DNA of 20,693 nt, from positions 248,001 through 268,693 of IMG/VR virus record IMGVR_UViG_3300011223_000001. One strand, 5' to 3'. The position numbers and the translations under genes were made by a program. Positions within the stretch are counted from its first letter, which is position 1, and every line of letters begins with the position of its first letter. Below, one piece after another: positions 7,712 through 15,345 of this stretch. The notes beneath the pieces were generated by a model. The model made no database searches and had not been told where the DNA came from. It was given only the letters and a program-made list of their open reading frames with translations. This DNA is from an uncultured virus (IMG/VR IMGVR_UViG_3300011223_000001) (taxonomy: Duplodnaviria; Heunggongvirae; Uroviricota; Caudoviricetes).

Positions 7712-7981
7712 ATGTCTTTGACCACTGTTGCTTCCTCCGTCAAATCCGCTGTCTCCGCTGAACTGGAAAAAGTACAACTGCCAGAAGGCGTCGAAGTCTC
7801 CGCTGAACTGCAACAACAATTCGCTGACGCCGGCGTGCGTGGCACTCTGTCCACCCTGGCCGGCCTGGAAAACGCCAACCTGTCCTACATCACCGGTTCG
7901 GTCGAAGAAGGCAACGACGACGTGGTCAGCTTCACCCCGGCTGAACTGCTGAGCGAAATGTTCAGCGCCGTCAACTCGTAA
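7712..7981 (+). CDS. Small acidic, probably highly expressed protein (89 aa)
   Basis: A/C-rich leader, TAAGGTG SD, strongly biased codons and its own terminator. Confidence 0.85.
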   Translation: MSLTTVASSVKSAVSAELEKVQLPEGVEVSAELQQQFADAGVRGTLSTLAGLENANLSYITGSVEEGNDDVVSFTPAELLSEMFSAVNS

Positions 7982-8003
7982 AACATCTCCGGCCTGCGCC
8001 GTG

Positions 8004-8034
8004 CATAAAGGAGCCTTCGGGCTCCTTTATGTCG
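8004..8034 (+). terminator. Hairpin CATAAAGGAGCC-TTCG-GGCTCCTTTATG
   Basis: Perfect 12-bp stem with a UUCG loop. Confidence 0.8.
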
Positions 8035-8066
8035 TCTCACGACTTTATTTTTTACTAGGACCTGCC

Positions 8067-8825
8067 ATGTCCGGTTACAGCCCTGTAAGGACTAACCCTT
8101 TGACGAACACTACCCAACAAGAACATAACCCGGTTGAACCCAGCGCCGGGGTAGCCAACAATAACTGGAACCTGCGCGACCGTTTAAACGAACGCATGAG
8201 TTACAACGATGCGGTGCGAAAAGGTTTTGTGGGTACCGAGCAAGAATGGCGTGAATTCTTGACCGACTGCAAGGATCATGAGCCTGCGCCCACCCAGGAT
8301 ACGAAACCGCAGGAGCCTGCGGTCCAGCCCGCCGTACCGATACCTGACCTCATTGTCAGGCTAGCCTCTCACGAAGCCAGTCGTTTGACCGTCGTTCACC
8401 GCAGTGGGATATTGGTCCGACTTACCCTGTGTCTGCTTACAGCGCTACTGCTAATGATCATCGCGGTGGGTGCGGCATTCATGAACGTCTACACCCGAAA
8501 CGTCACACACGAGCGCCTAGAGCGTCCTGTACCGTGTTCGATCAATAAGGACGGGTTGGAGATCACCGGTACCCGCAATTACAGCTACATGAACCATACC
8601 TTCGGCCCCTATCACTGGCACAGTGACGACACCGTGGTAGAAAAGACCATCATCAACGCATCGATGAATGGTTTGGTGGTGGTGGCGATTACGGACGGTG
8701 TGTCTAAGACCTTGCGTCGTGGTCAAGCGGAAGGCGGGATATTGATTCTACCTAAAGCTGACTACTACACTTTCTTCTCCAACGGGAAAGCCACAGGAGC
8801 TTCCTATGCAGAACTCTGCAAATAA
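8067..8825 (+). CDS. Single-pass membrane protein (252 aa)
   Basis: AGGA SD before ATG 8067; the track start 8001 lies in the terminator. TM segment ILVRLTLCLLTALLLMIIAVGAAFM; N-terminal SYNDAVRKGFVGTEQEW motif. Confidence 0.8.
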   Translation: MSGYSPVRTNPLTNTTQQEHNPVEPSAGVANNNWNLRDRLNERMSYNDAVRKGFVGTEQEWREFLTDCKDHEPAPTQDTKPQEPAVQPAVPIPDLIVRLASHEASRLTVVHRSGILVRLTLCLLTALLLMIIAVGAAFMNVYTRNVTHERLERPVPCSINKDGLEITGTRNYSYMNHTFGPYHWHSDDTVVEKTIINASMNGLVVVAITDGVSKTLRRGQAEGGILILPKADYYTFFSNGKATGASYAELCK

Positions 8826-9312
8826 CGTAGCGCCTTACATGACGCCCCACCAGAAGCGCACCATAAGCGACCTCACGGTGGCGCTGCTTAACCTGATCAT
8901 GGGTTCGGGGTGTTCGAATGAGGTCAAAGGCAAAGCCTACACGATCGTTGACTACTACCTGTTCAATCCGTTTGAAACACGCCAACCGGGGTTCTTCCGT
9001 GACGCGATGGTGTGGTCCAGCGTTCACCAGTTCAAGGCTGAGCCAAAGTACGTCCCGTTGTTGAGTATGTTGTTGCTGTCTAGTTACGACCTGCTCATGC
9101 GGCGTATCGAGATGCTGGACATGATTGACGGTTTGACATTCACCCCGGCTACCGTCCTCACCAAGACCCAACTGCAAGATCGTTTCGTGGAAGCCTTGGC
9201 ACTGTACACCGACATCGATCACAGCAACCTCGAAGAACTGATGAACACCCTACCGCTGCACGCTTTTGGCGGTAACCCACAACCTACTGGACTTAAGGAC
9301 CTTGCACCATGA
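8806..9312 (+). CDS. Hypothetical protein (168 aa)
   Basis: AGGAG SD before ATG 8806; ATGA overlap with the next gene. Confidence 0.8.
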   Translation: MQNSANNVAPYMTPHQKRTISDLTVALLNLIMGSGCSNEVKGKAYTIVDYYLFNPFETRQPGFFRDAMVWSSVHQFKAEPKYVPLLSMLLLSSYDLLMRRIEMLDMIDGLTFTPATVLTKTQLQDRFVEALALYTDIDHSNLEELMNTLPLHAFGGNPQPTGLKDLAP

Positions 9313-9719
9313 CACCGAATGATCCTAATTGGAGTAACCTCGACCACAGCACCGCCCGGTCCAAACCCATGGGCAACCCGTTCTTGGCGTTTACGGTGGT
9401 TCCTGCGATCATGCTTTTGGTGACCGTGGTCTGGCTGTGTTTTGGTCGGCAAGCCGATGCGCAAGAAGCGGCGGTGTTGCGCGATAACCAACAGTACTAC
9501 AGCAAGACGTGCTCACAGCTGCATCACCTGGCACAACAAGTGCATGAAGCAGAAAAAGCATTTGACGAAGCTGATACTGAGTCGGTTAAGTCAGAAGCCT
9601 GGGACGAATACCAGTTGGTGAGTGAACAACGTAATCAAGTGCTAGAGCAACACTTGAACAATGTGGCCTGGCACGCCAGTATGGGTAATCCACCACGCGA
9701 TCAAGCCTGTTTGAAATGA
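9309..9719 (+). CDS. Membrane-anchored helical protein (136 aa)
   Basis: AAGGA SD; hydrophobic FLAFTVVPAIMLLVTVVWLCF followed by a Q/E-rich helical region. Confidence 0.8.
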   Translation: MTPNDPNWSNLDHSTARSKPMGNPFLAFTVVPAIMLLVTVVWLCFGRQADAQEAAVLRDNQQYYSKTCSQLHHLAQQVHEAEKAFDEADTESVKSEAWDEYQLVSEQRNQVLEQHLNNVAWHASMGNPPRDQACLK

Positions 9720-9724
9720 CGGCA

Positions 9725-9752
9725 TATGTCCGGTGGATAACCACCGGACATA
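9725..9752 (+). terminator. Hairpin TATGTCCGGTGG-ATAA-CCACCGGACATA
   Basis: Perfect 12-bp inverted repeat after the stop codon at 9719. Confidence 0.7.
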
Positions 9753-9753
9753 C

Positions 9754-9794
9754 CGCATTTTATGAAGTGACTTGGGAGGTGTTTCATGAATGCG
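9754..9794 (+). promoter_or_regulatory. Hairpin sequestering the start codon, with TATG (9761-9764) in its 5' arm
   Basis: CGCATTTTATGAAG pairs with TTTCATGAATGCG (one bulge), enclosing the GGGAGG SD and burying ATG 9786. Confidence 0.6.
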
Positions 9795-10043
9795 ATACGA
9801 CTGTACTGTGAATCAGGAAAATGGTTAGCACAGCTGCGCGGACAACCTTGTACGGTCCGCTTGGCTTCAGTGGACGATGACGAGACGTTTCGTAGTTTCG
9901 GGTTGCACCCAAAGGGCGCCGTAGCAATAAGCGTTCACCCCAGCGGGGAGATTGCCAACGTTACCCTGCTTGACCAAACGCCTGTGTGTGAGTTGATCAT
10001 ACCCCCAGGCCACAGCTTGTATCGCGACATCACCCTGACCTGA
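9786..10043 (+). CDS. Hypothetical protein (85 aa)
   Basis: GGGAGG SD before ATG 9786. Confidence 0.75.
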   Translation: MNAIRLYCESGKWLAQLRGQPCTVRLASVDDDETFRSFGLHPKGAVAISVHPSGEIANVTLLDQTPVCELIIPPGHSLYRDITLT

Positions 10044-10101
10044 CTTTTTATACCGGGGTGGTTTGCCATATGTAACCATTACTCCGTTAAGTGAATATGC
10101 A

Positions 10102-10443
10102 ATGTTTGAGCCACCCCATAAACCGACGTGTACTTGGACGTGTAAGCCTGGAAAGACTAGCGGACGTAGCGCTGTGACCGAAACTGGGTTTTACGTCATT
10201 GAACATCTACTCACTGGCAAGGTTTTAGTGGGTTACTCTAAGACCGTCAGTGTCGATGTAGATCAACAGATCAAAGCACTGATGGGCGAACGCCATCCGA
10301 ACAAACCCCTTAACCTGTTGTTTGAACGCGATGCCGAGCTACTGTTGTTGGAGTACCCAGCGCACTCTGTCAACGCTGCAAAAGACGCTGCGCGAAAGAT
10401 CAAACGGTCGGTTAGCCCAACGTACTTGCTATTAAACCCCTGA
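10102..10443 (+). CDS. GIY-YIG-fold protein, apparently degenerate
   Basis: TGFYVIEHLLTGKVLVGYS matches GIY-x10-YIG spacing, followed by H-x-N-xx-L. Start is uncertain (ATG 10102 chosen, weak SD). Confidence 0.6.
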   Translation: MFEPPHKPTCTWTCKPGKTSGRSAVTETGFYVIEHLLTGKVLVGYSKTVSVDVDQQIKALMGERHPNKPLNLLFERDAELLLLEYPAHSVNAAKDAARKIKRSVSPTYLLLNP

Positions 10444-10450
10444 GGTACCC

Positions 10451-10657
10451 ATGATTCAACCCGGTAGTTTTGCCCGTGCGAAGTGTCAACTCAACATGAC
10501 CATCGCCGAAGATCAGGCCCCTTTCTTGGTTATCCGTGAAGGGGATCGACTGGTGTGCACATCCGCATGCGATGCCAATGGCAATCAAAGCTTTGTCCAC
10601 CTTAAGAGCGGTATGGAAAACGTCTGGCTCAGTAGCCGCGACGTAGAATCGGATTAA
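10451..10657 (+). CDS. Small hypothetical beta-rich protein (68 aa)
   Basis: GAGG SD before ATG 10451; fills the gap. Confidence 0.7.
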   Translation: MIQPGSFARAKCQLNMTIAEDQAPFLVIREGDRLVCTSACDANGNQSFVHLKSGMENVWLSSRDVESD

Positions 10658-10664
10658 TGACGCG

Positions 10665-11195
10665 ATGAACCCAACCCATCTTTTCCATGGCTCGCTGTAC
10701 AAACAAAACGAACTCATGCCGGGCTTTAAGCGCACCGGTAAGCTTGTCCAGTGGGACGGCACAGAAAACAACACCTACCTGTACGCCACCACAGAGCAAG
10801 ACGAGGCCCAAAGTTTGGGGTTTGGCAGTGCCTTGGAAAAGGTGTTGGATTCCAGGCGTTACGCCACCTACGACAATAACATCGTTGTGTATTTCGTAGG
10901 GGACTTGCCCGATGCTGAAAAGCTGCGGTCGATGGACATCTACGTCTACACCCTGCGCTTTGATGTAAAAGACGGGTGGCGGCATAATGAGAATCCATTC
11001 AACAACATCAAGACTGAATGGACCACACAACAGACCATCAAGAAGAACTTGCTTAAATGCGAGCGCCTGGATCTGGCGACCTGGTTAGCCGGGAAGAACT
11101 TGTTGTTCACCACCCGATCGCCAGACACGTGTCCCCACAGTCTGGTCAATGGCCAAAATACCTGGGGTGGTAAAACCGCACGTATCACACTGTAA
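10665..11195 (+). CDS. Putative ADP-ribosyltransferase-fold protein (176 aa)
   Basis: LFHGS, YLYATT..A, IYVYTL and TEW match the H-G-[ST] / Y-x-T / late E layout of ART-fold proteins. The ORF is solid; the function is inferred. Confidence 0.55.
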   Translation: MNPTHLFHGSLYKQNELMPGFKRTGKLVQWDGTENNTYLYATTEQDEAQSLGFGSALEKVLDSRRYATYDNNIVVYFVGDLPDAEKLRSMDIYVYTLRFDVKDGWRHNENPFNNIKTEWTTQQTIKKNLLKCERLDLATWLAGKNLLFTTRSPDTCPHSLVNGQNTWGGKTARITL

Positions 11196-11203
11196 GCACG
11201 ACA

Positions 11204-11232
11204 CGGGGTGCGCCCCGGTCTTGTTTCTTTTT
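11204..11232 (+). terminator. Classical intrinsic-type terminator CGGGG-TGCG-CCCCG followed by a T-rich tract
   Basis: GC stem followed by GTCTTGTTTCTTTTT. Confidence 0.6.
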
Positions 11233-11240
11233 GGTCAATC

Positions 11241-11272
11241 GCGACAGTCTCCTTCGGGAGACTTTATGTCGC
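11241..11272 (+). terminator. Hairpin AGTCTCC-TTCG-GGAGACT with TTATGTCGC tail
   Basis: 7-bp stem; the flanks GCGACA/TGTCGC extend it. Confidence 0.75.
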
Positions 11273-11285
11273 CTAGGAGGCTTAT

Positions 11286-11489
11286 GGTTAAAATATACCC
11301 TGATCACCGATAATGTGTTGAGCTTAGCCGCGGGGGTGGTGTTTGAAGGCTCAATGCTATACCCTAAACAGCCATTATTGCGCATTTCGCAGTAGGCTTT
11401 AACCGCCCTTGAGCAGGGGCACTTATGCTTCACCCAGCCTTCAACGACCCAAGGAGTCGTAGTAGAAAGGCCTGGTTAAGTACTAAGGA
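11286..11489 (+). ncRNA. Candidate structured RNA or structured leader
   Basis: About 200 nt with no convincing ORF, almost fully covered by stems (see findings). Strand is assumed from G-U pairs and context. Confidence 0.4.
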
Positions 11490-11495
11490 ACAACC

Positions 11496-11810
11496 ATGGT
11501 AATCCAAAGCTACACTATCGCCCACGGTGGGCGGTATGAACTCGGCCAGCACATTGGTAGGATCAACAAGGTCCGCTTGGTGAGTATCACCGTCAATGGT
11601 AAGCTGATTCGTTACTCTGACCTGATCCACCGCGAATCAGGTTGTGCCACACGGTACTACGTGGAAGTAGGGCGTTCGCTCACTCCCTGCGACGGTGGTA
11701 TGGTGATGGTCAATAAAGATGAAGGGGTGATCGAGACTTTTGTTTCGTCAGACCGTTTTCACGACAGCGTCGTAGTTACGCTGGAAATATCCGCGGAAGG
11801 GGAGTCGTAA
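11496..11810 (+). CDS. Hypothetical protein (104 aa)
   Basis: TAAGGA SD before ATG 11496; the stop codon lies in the loop of the following hairpin. Confidence 0.75.
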   Translation: MVIQSYTIAHGGRYELGQHIGRINKVRLVSITVNGKLIRYSDLIHRESGCATRYYVEVGRSLTPCDGGMVMVNKDEGVIETFVSSDRFHDSVVVTLEISAEGES

Positions 11811-11831
11811 GACTCCCCTGCTTTATGTTCG
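11798..11831 (+). terminator. Hairpin AGGGGAGTC-GTAA-GACTCCCCT with CTTTATGTTCG tail
   Basis: Perfect 9-bp stem with a GNRA loop. Confidence 0.75.
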
Positions 11832-11848
11832 TCGATGCAATTTCAGAC

Positions 11849-11867
11849 CTATATCACGTTAGGGAAT
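11849..11867 (+). promoter_or_regulatory. Putative early promoter CTATATCAC-gtta-GGGAAT
   Basis: Copy of the repeated motif directly upstream of the ligase gene. Confidence 0.7.
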
Positions 11868-11887
11868 AGCCAGTTTGGAGAACGGTA

Positions 11888-14041
11888 ATGAAACGAGCCG
11901 AAGCTGATCTTAAGATCGGCATTCTGCGTGATGAGATACTGCGGCACGACCACAGGTACTACCTGCTGGATGACCCAGCGATCTCAGACGCGGACTATGA
12001 CAACCTGATGCTCCAGTTGCGTGAGCTGGAACGCCAGTTCCCTGATCTGGTTACCAAGGACTCACCTACACAGCGGGTAGGTGGATGGCGCTCTAAACAG
12101 TTCGAGCCGGTCACGCATGATTTCCCGATGCTGAGCCTGGGTAACGTGTTCACGTTAGAGGAGCTCGAAGCGTGGTGTAAGTCGCTGCCGATTGGCACGC
12201 GTATCTTCGGCGAATGGAAGCTCGACGGCCTGAGCCTCAGCCTAACCTACGAAGGTGGTATCTTAACCCGTGCAGTCACCCGTGGTGATGGTAGTGTCGG
12301 TGAAGACGTCACCATCAACGCCGTGCATGTCAAAGGCATCCCTAAGCAGTTACCTAAAGCAGATGCGGCATCGGTGATCACGATTCGTGGTGAGGTGGTG
12401 GTCGCCAAAGTGCGATTCGAGCAGGTTAACGCCGAACTGGAGGCAGCGGGTCAAAAGGTGTTTGCTAACGAGCGTAACTACGCAGCCGGCAGCTTGCGTC
12501 AGAAAGACCCAATGGTCACCAAGCAACGCGACCTGGTGTTTTACGCCTACAGCGTTACCACAACCGATGGCAATTTCCCAACACACGCTCAAGGCATGTC
12601 ATGGTTAGCTGACAACGGTATGCACATCGCCACGTGCTTCGGTGAATTCATCGCACCAATTGATATCCACTTGGTCGAACTGGCTATCGGTATGGTGGCT
12701 AACGAGCGCGACAAGCTACCGGTGGTAATCGATGGCCTGGTGTTCAAGGTAGACGATACCCGTATCCAAAAAGAAATGGGTATGCGATCACGCGAACCGC
12801 GCTGGGCCACCGCCTACAAGTTCCCAGCCATGCAGGCAAGCACTAAGGTCGAAGATGTTGAATTTCAGGTAGGGCGTACGGGCAACATCACACCGGTTGC
12901 GCGCATTACCCCTGTTCGGATTCATGGTGTGGTGGTTACCAATGTCACATTGCACAACATGGATGAAGTCGTACGACTGGGTATCGGCATCGGCAGTCGG
13001 GTTATCCTAGAGCGCCGGGGTGATGTAATCCCTAAAATCATGGGTCTGGACCCAACGTATAAAACCGACATCGTCACCCCGATAGCGGTACCTACCAATT
13101 GCCCGGAATGCGGCGGCACTGTAGCACCGCGTCTGCGCAAATCGGGTAAGGAAATGGAGATCAGTCCGGTTGTGTACTGCACCAACCACAAGCACTGCAT
13201 GGGTCAGCGTGTGGCCATCATGGAGTGGTTTGTAGGGCGTAGCGGGTTGGACATCGACACCTTTGGTAAAGAGACCGTTAAGCAATTGGCCCAAGAAGGC
13301 AAACTGCTGCGCTGGGGTGATATCTACCGGCTTCAGTACGATGATTTTGAGGAACTCGAAGGTTGGGGTGAAAGCAGCATCGGCAAACTGCTGCTCAACA
13401 TCAAGGCCTCCAAGATCACCACGCAGGTGGCTTTCCTCACTGCGTTGGGTATGACTGGTGCCAGTGCCGGTACGTGTCGCCGTTTGATCGATGCCTTAGG
13501 CAGTATTGACCGGGTGTTTGCAGCGGCGTCACAGACGCTGGAGCAGATCCGTGACATTGGTGATGACACCGCGGTGAAAATTGTCGAGTGGTACCGTGAC
13601 AACTATGGGGACGTTGTGGACTTGCTGGAACAGAAGTTCAAGTTCTCTGATGTTCACGACATCGGTGATGACGTGCGCGGCACGTGCACCGAGAAAACGC
13701 TTATGAAACTGGCTAAGCGCGATCGACTGTGTAACGAAGGGATTGATCTGCTGCGCAAGCAATGGATCGACTGGGGGCTGCACGAATCCTGTGGTCGGGT
13801 AGAACGGCAAGCCCTCCCACTGGATGGCCAGACCTGGGTGCTGACAGGTTCTCTGTCGCACTTCTCCCGTGAAGAAGCCACCGAACGCCTGCGGGCTTTG
13901 GGGGCTACGGTGAGCGGTGATGTTTCGAGTCGCACCACCATGGTCATCGCAGGACCAGGGGCTGGCGCTAAGGAAACCAAAGCAAAAACACTGGGTATCC
14001 CAGTAAAGGGTGAGGACTATTTGATCAGCATCCTTAAATAG
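11888..14041 (+). CDS. ligA: NAD+-dependent DNA ligase (717 aa)
   Basis: Domain Ia YY..DDP.ISD..YD; adenylation motif EWKLDGLS; TRGDG..GEDVT, RGEV, DGLVFK and PRWATAYKF; OB-fold QVGRTG.ITPV, TLHN and RRGDVIP; Zn finger CPEC...C....C; HhH repeats; C-terminal BRCT. Confidence 0.97.
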   Translation: MKRAEADLKIGILRDEILRHDHRYYLLDDPAISDADYDNLMLQLRELERQFPDLVTKDSPTQRVGGWRSKQFEPVTHDFPMLSLGNVFTLEELEAWCKSLPIGTRIFGEWKLDGLSLSLTYEGGILTRAVTRGDGSVGEDVTINAVHVKGIPKQLPKADAASVITIRGEVVVAKVRFEQVNAELEAAGQKVFANERNYAAGSLRQKDPMVTKQRDLVFYAYSVTTTDGNFPTHAQGMSWLADNGMHIATCFGEFIAPIDIHLVELAIGMVANERDKLPVVIDGLVFKVDDTRIQKEMGMRSREPRWATAYKFPAMQASTKVEDVEFQVGRTGNITPVARITPVRIHGVVVTNVTLHNMDEVVRLGIGIGSRVILERRGDVIPKIMGLDPTYKTDIVTPIAVPTNCPECGGTVAPRLRKSGKEMEISPVVYCTNHKHCMGQRVAIMEWFVGRSGLDIDTFGKETVKQLAQEGKLLRWGDIYRLQYDDFEELEGWGESSIGKLLLNIKASKITTQVAFLTALGMTGASAGTCRRLIDALGSIDRVFAAASQTLEQIRDIGDDTAVKIVEWYRDNYGDVVDLLEQKFKFSDVHDIGDDVRGTCTEKTLMKLAKRDRLCNEGIDLLRKQWIDWGLHESCGRVERQALPLDGQTWVLTGSLSHFSREEATERLRALGATVSGDVSSRTTMVIAGPGAGAKETKAKTLGIPVKGEDYLISILK

Positions 14042-14078
14042 TGAATAGACCGGACACGGACGTCCACTGGAGTATCGC

Positions 14079-14273
14079 ATGAGTAACCCCAACAACTGCA
14101 CGACGTGTGAATATAAGCACGCTCGTGGTCCTGGCTGTTTCCCACAGCAGCACTGTTATATGTTCTACGAGGCCCCCACGGAGCAGTGCATGCAACACAC
14201 CGGCTACCGTGAACAGGACCGCAAACTTAACGACTTACTCCGGGTAATCGTTACCCATAAGGAATCATCATGA
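14079..14273 (+). CDS. Small Cys/His-rich protein (64 aa)
   Basis: GGAG SD; CTTC...HCYMF...CMQH; ATGA overlap with the next gene. Confidence 0.75.
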   Translation: MSNPNNCTTCEYKHARGPGCFPQQHCYMFYEAPTEQCMQHTGYREQDRKLNDLLRVIVTHKESS

Positions 14274-14875
14274 CCACCGTTGTATTGACCCCTAAAATGA
14301 TTTTGGCCGATTGCCGCATGACCGGTACCATTAAGGTCACAGACGCAAAAGGCAATGAAGTGTCGTTTCAGGGCACCACCAACGCCTTTGGCAAGATCGG
14401 TGAATGGAACATCAGCATTGACGGTGTGGCGTCTGAAGCCTACGGCATATTTGGCGATGTCGAAGTGGCCCAGGCCTTGGTCGGGTACATTAAAGCGGTT
14501 GGGGCCGATGATCTGGACACCAAGTTAAAAGCGTTAGGGCATTTTCACCTCCGGTTGCCGAAATCCAACTCCGGTGTGGCCTGGCTGGATGAACACGGTG
14601 TGATGCGCTGGTGTTACCTGAACCAAACCGGTTACGAGCTAGGCAAGGCTACGGACAAAGACTACGTGGTCTTTGGTACCGGTGCTGACCTGTTCCGGGC
14701 GCGTATGCTCGAAAAGCAAGATGTCATGACGGCCTTCCTGTGGGCGGTTAAAGAAGACCCACAATCCTGTCTGGAAGCGTATGACCGCTTCTCGATCGAG
14801 GACGGTGTGACCGCCCGTTTCAACAACCCAGGCGGTGATGTACCTCAGGCGCTGGAAGCGTTACTTGCACACTGA
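14270..14875 (+). CDS. Second HslV/proteasome-beta-like Ntn-hydrolase (201 aa, divergent)
   Basis: AAGGA SD; M-TTVV..ILADCRMT, FGKI, GIFGD, VFGTG and AVKEDPQS parallel the motifs of 6197-6802. Confidence 0.65.
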   Translation: MTTVVLTPKMILADCRMTGTIKVTDAKGNEVSFQGTTNAFGKIGEWNISIDGVASEAYGIFGDVEVAQALVGYIKAVGADDLDTKLKALGHFHLRLPKSNSGVAWLDEHGVMRWCYLNQTGYELGKATDKDYVVFGTGADLFRARMLEKQDVMTAFLWAVKEDPQSCLEAYDRFSIEDGVTARFNNPGGDVPQALEALLAH

Positions 14876-15345
14876 TGGACTCCCAACTGGTTGTAGTGGA
14901 CTTCACCCGCGTCAAACGACAACTGAACTTTCAAGCGCTCACTGGGTTTACCACTGATACGATCAGTTATTACCGTGACGATCTGTTCGAGCAGTTCAGC
15001 GCTTACCTGTACAACTACGAACGCTGGGGCGAACGACCACTGTTCCAGCTGGTACTCGTGTTCCCTGAAAACCCCAATCCAGCACCTGGAGTGTATAAGA
15101 ACGCGATCGAGGTTGACACTGCGGTTGTTCAAAGCTGCCAACGATATGCGGCGTGGTCCAAAGGACTACTGACCGCGGTCAGCCACAAAGAGAAGCACAC
15201 AGTCTGTGGCTTCGCCTCTACCGAGAAATACCCCACCCTTGGCATGGACTTGCAATGGTTGGTGGCGCCAATCGAAGGAGAAACAACATGCGAAACGTAC
15301 CCGTCGAAGCGATTCAATCTGCCCGCAAAAGACGTCAATTTGTAG
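14875..15345 (+). CDS. Hypothetical protein (156 aa)
   Basis: TGATG overlap with the upstream gene. Confidence 0.75.
   Translation: MDSQLVVVDFTRVKRQLNFQALTGFTTDTISYYRDDLFEQFSAYLYNYERWGERPLFQLVLVFPENPNPAPGVYKNAIEVDTAVVQSCQRYAAWSKGLLTAVSHKEKHTVCGFASTEKYPTLGMDLQWLVAPIEGETTCETYPSKRFNLPAKDVNL

Noticed and set aside
11185..11630. Two - strand ORFs (82 and 66 aa)
   Set aside because: They overlap terminators and a + strand gene, lack SDs and have no coding-like composition.
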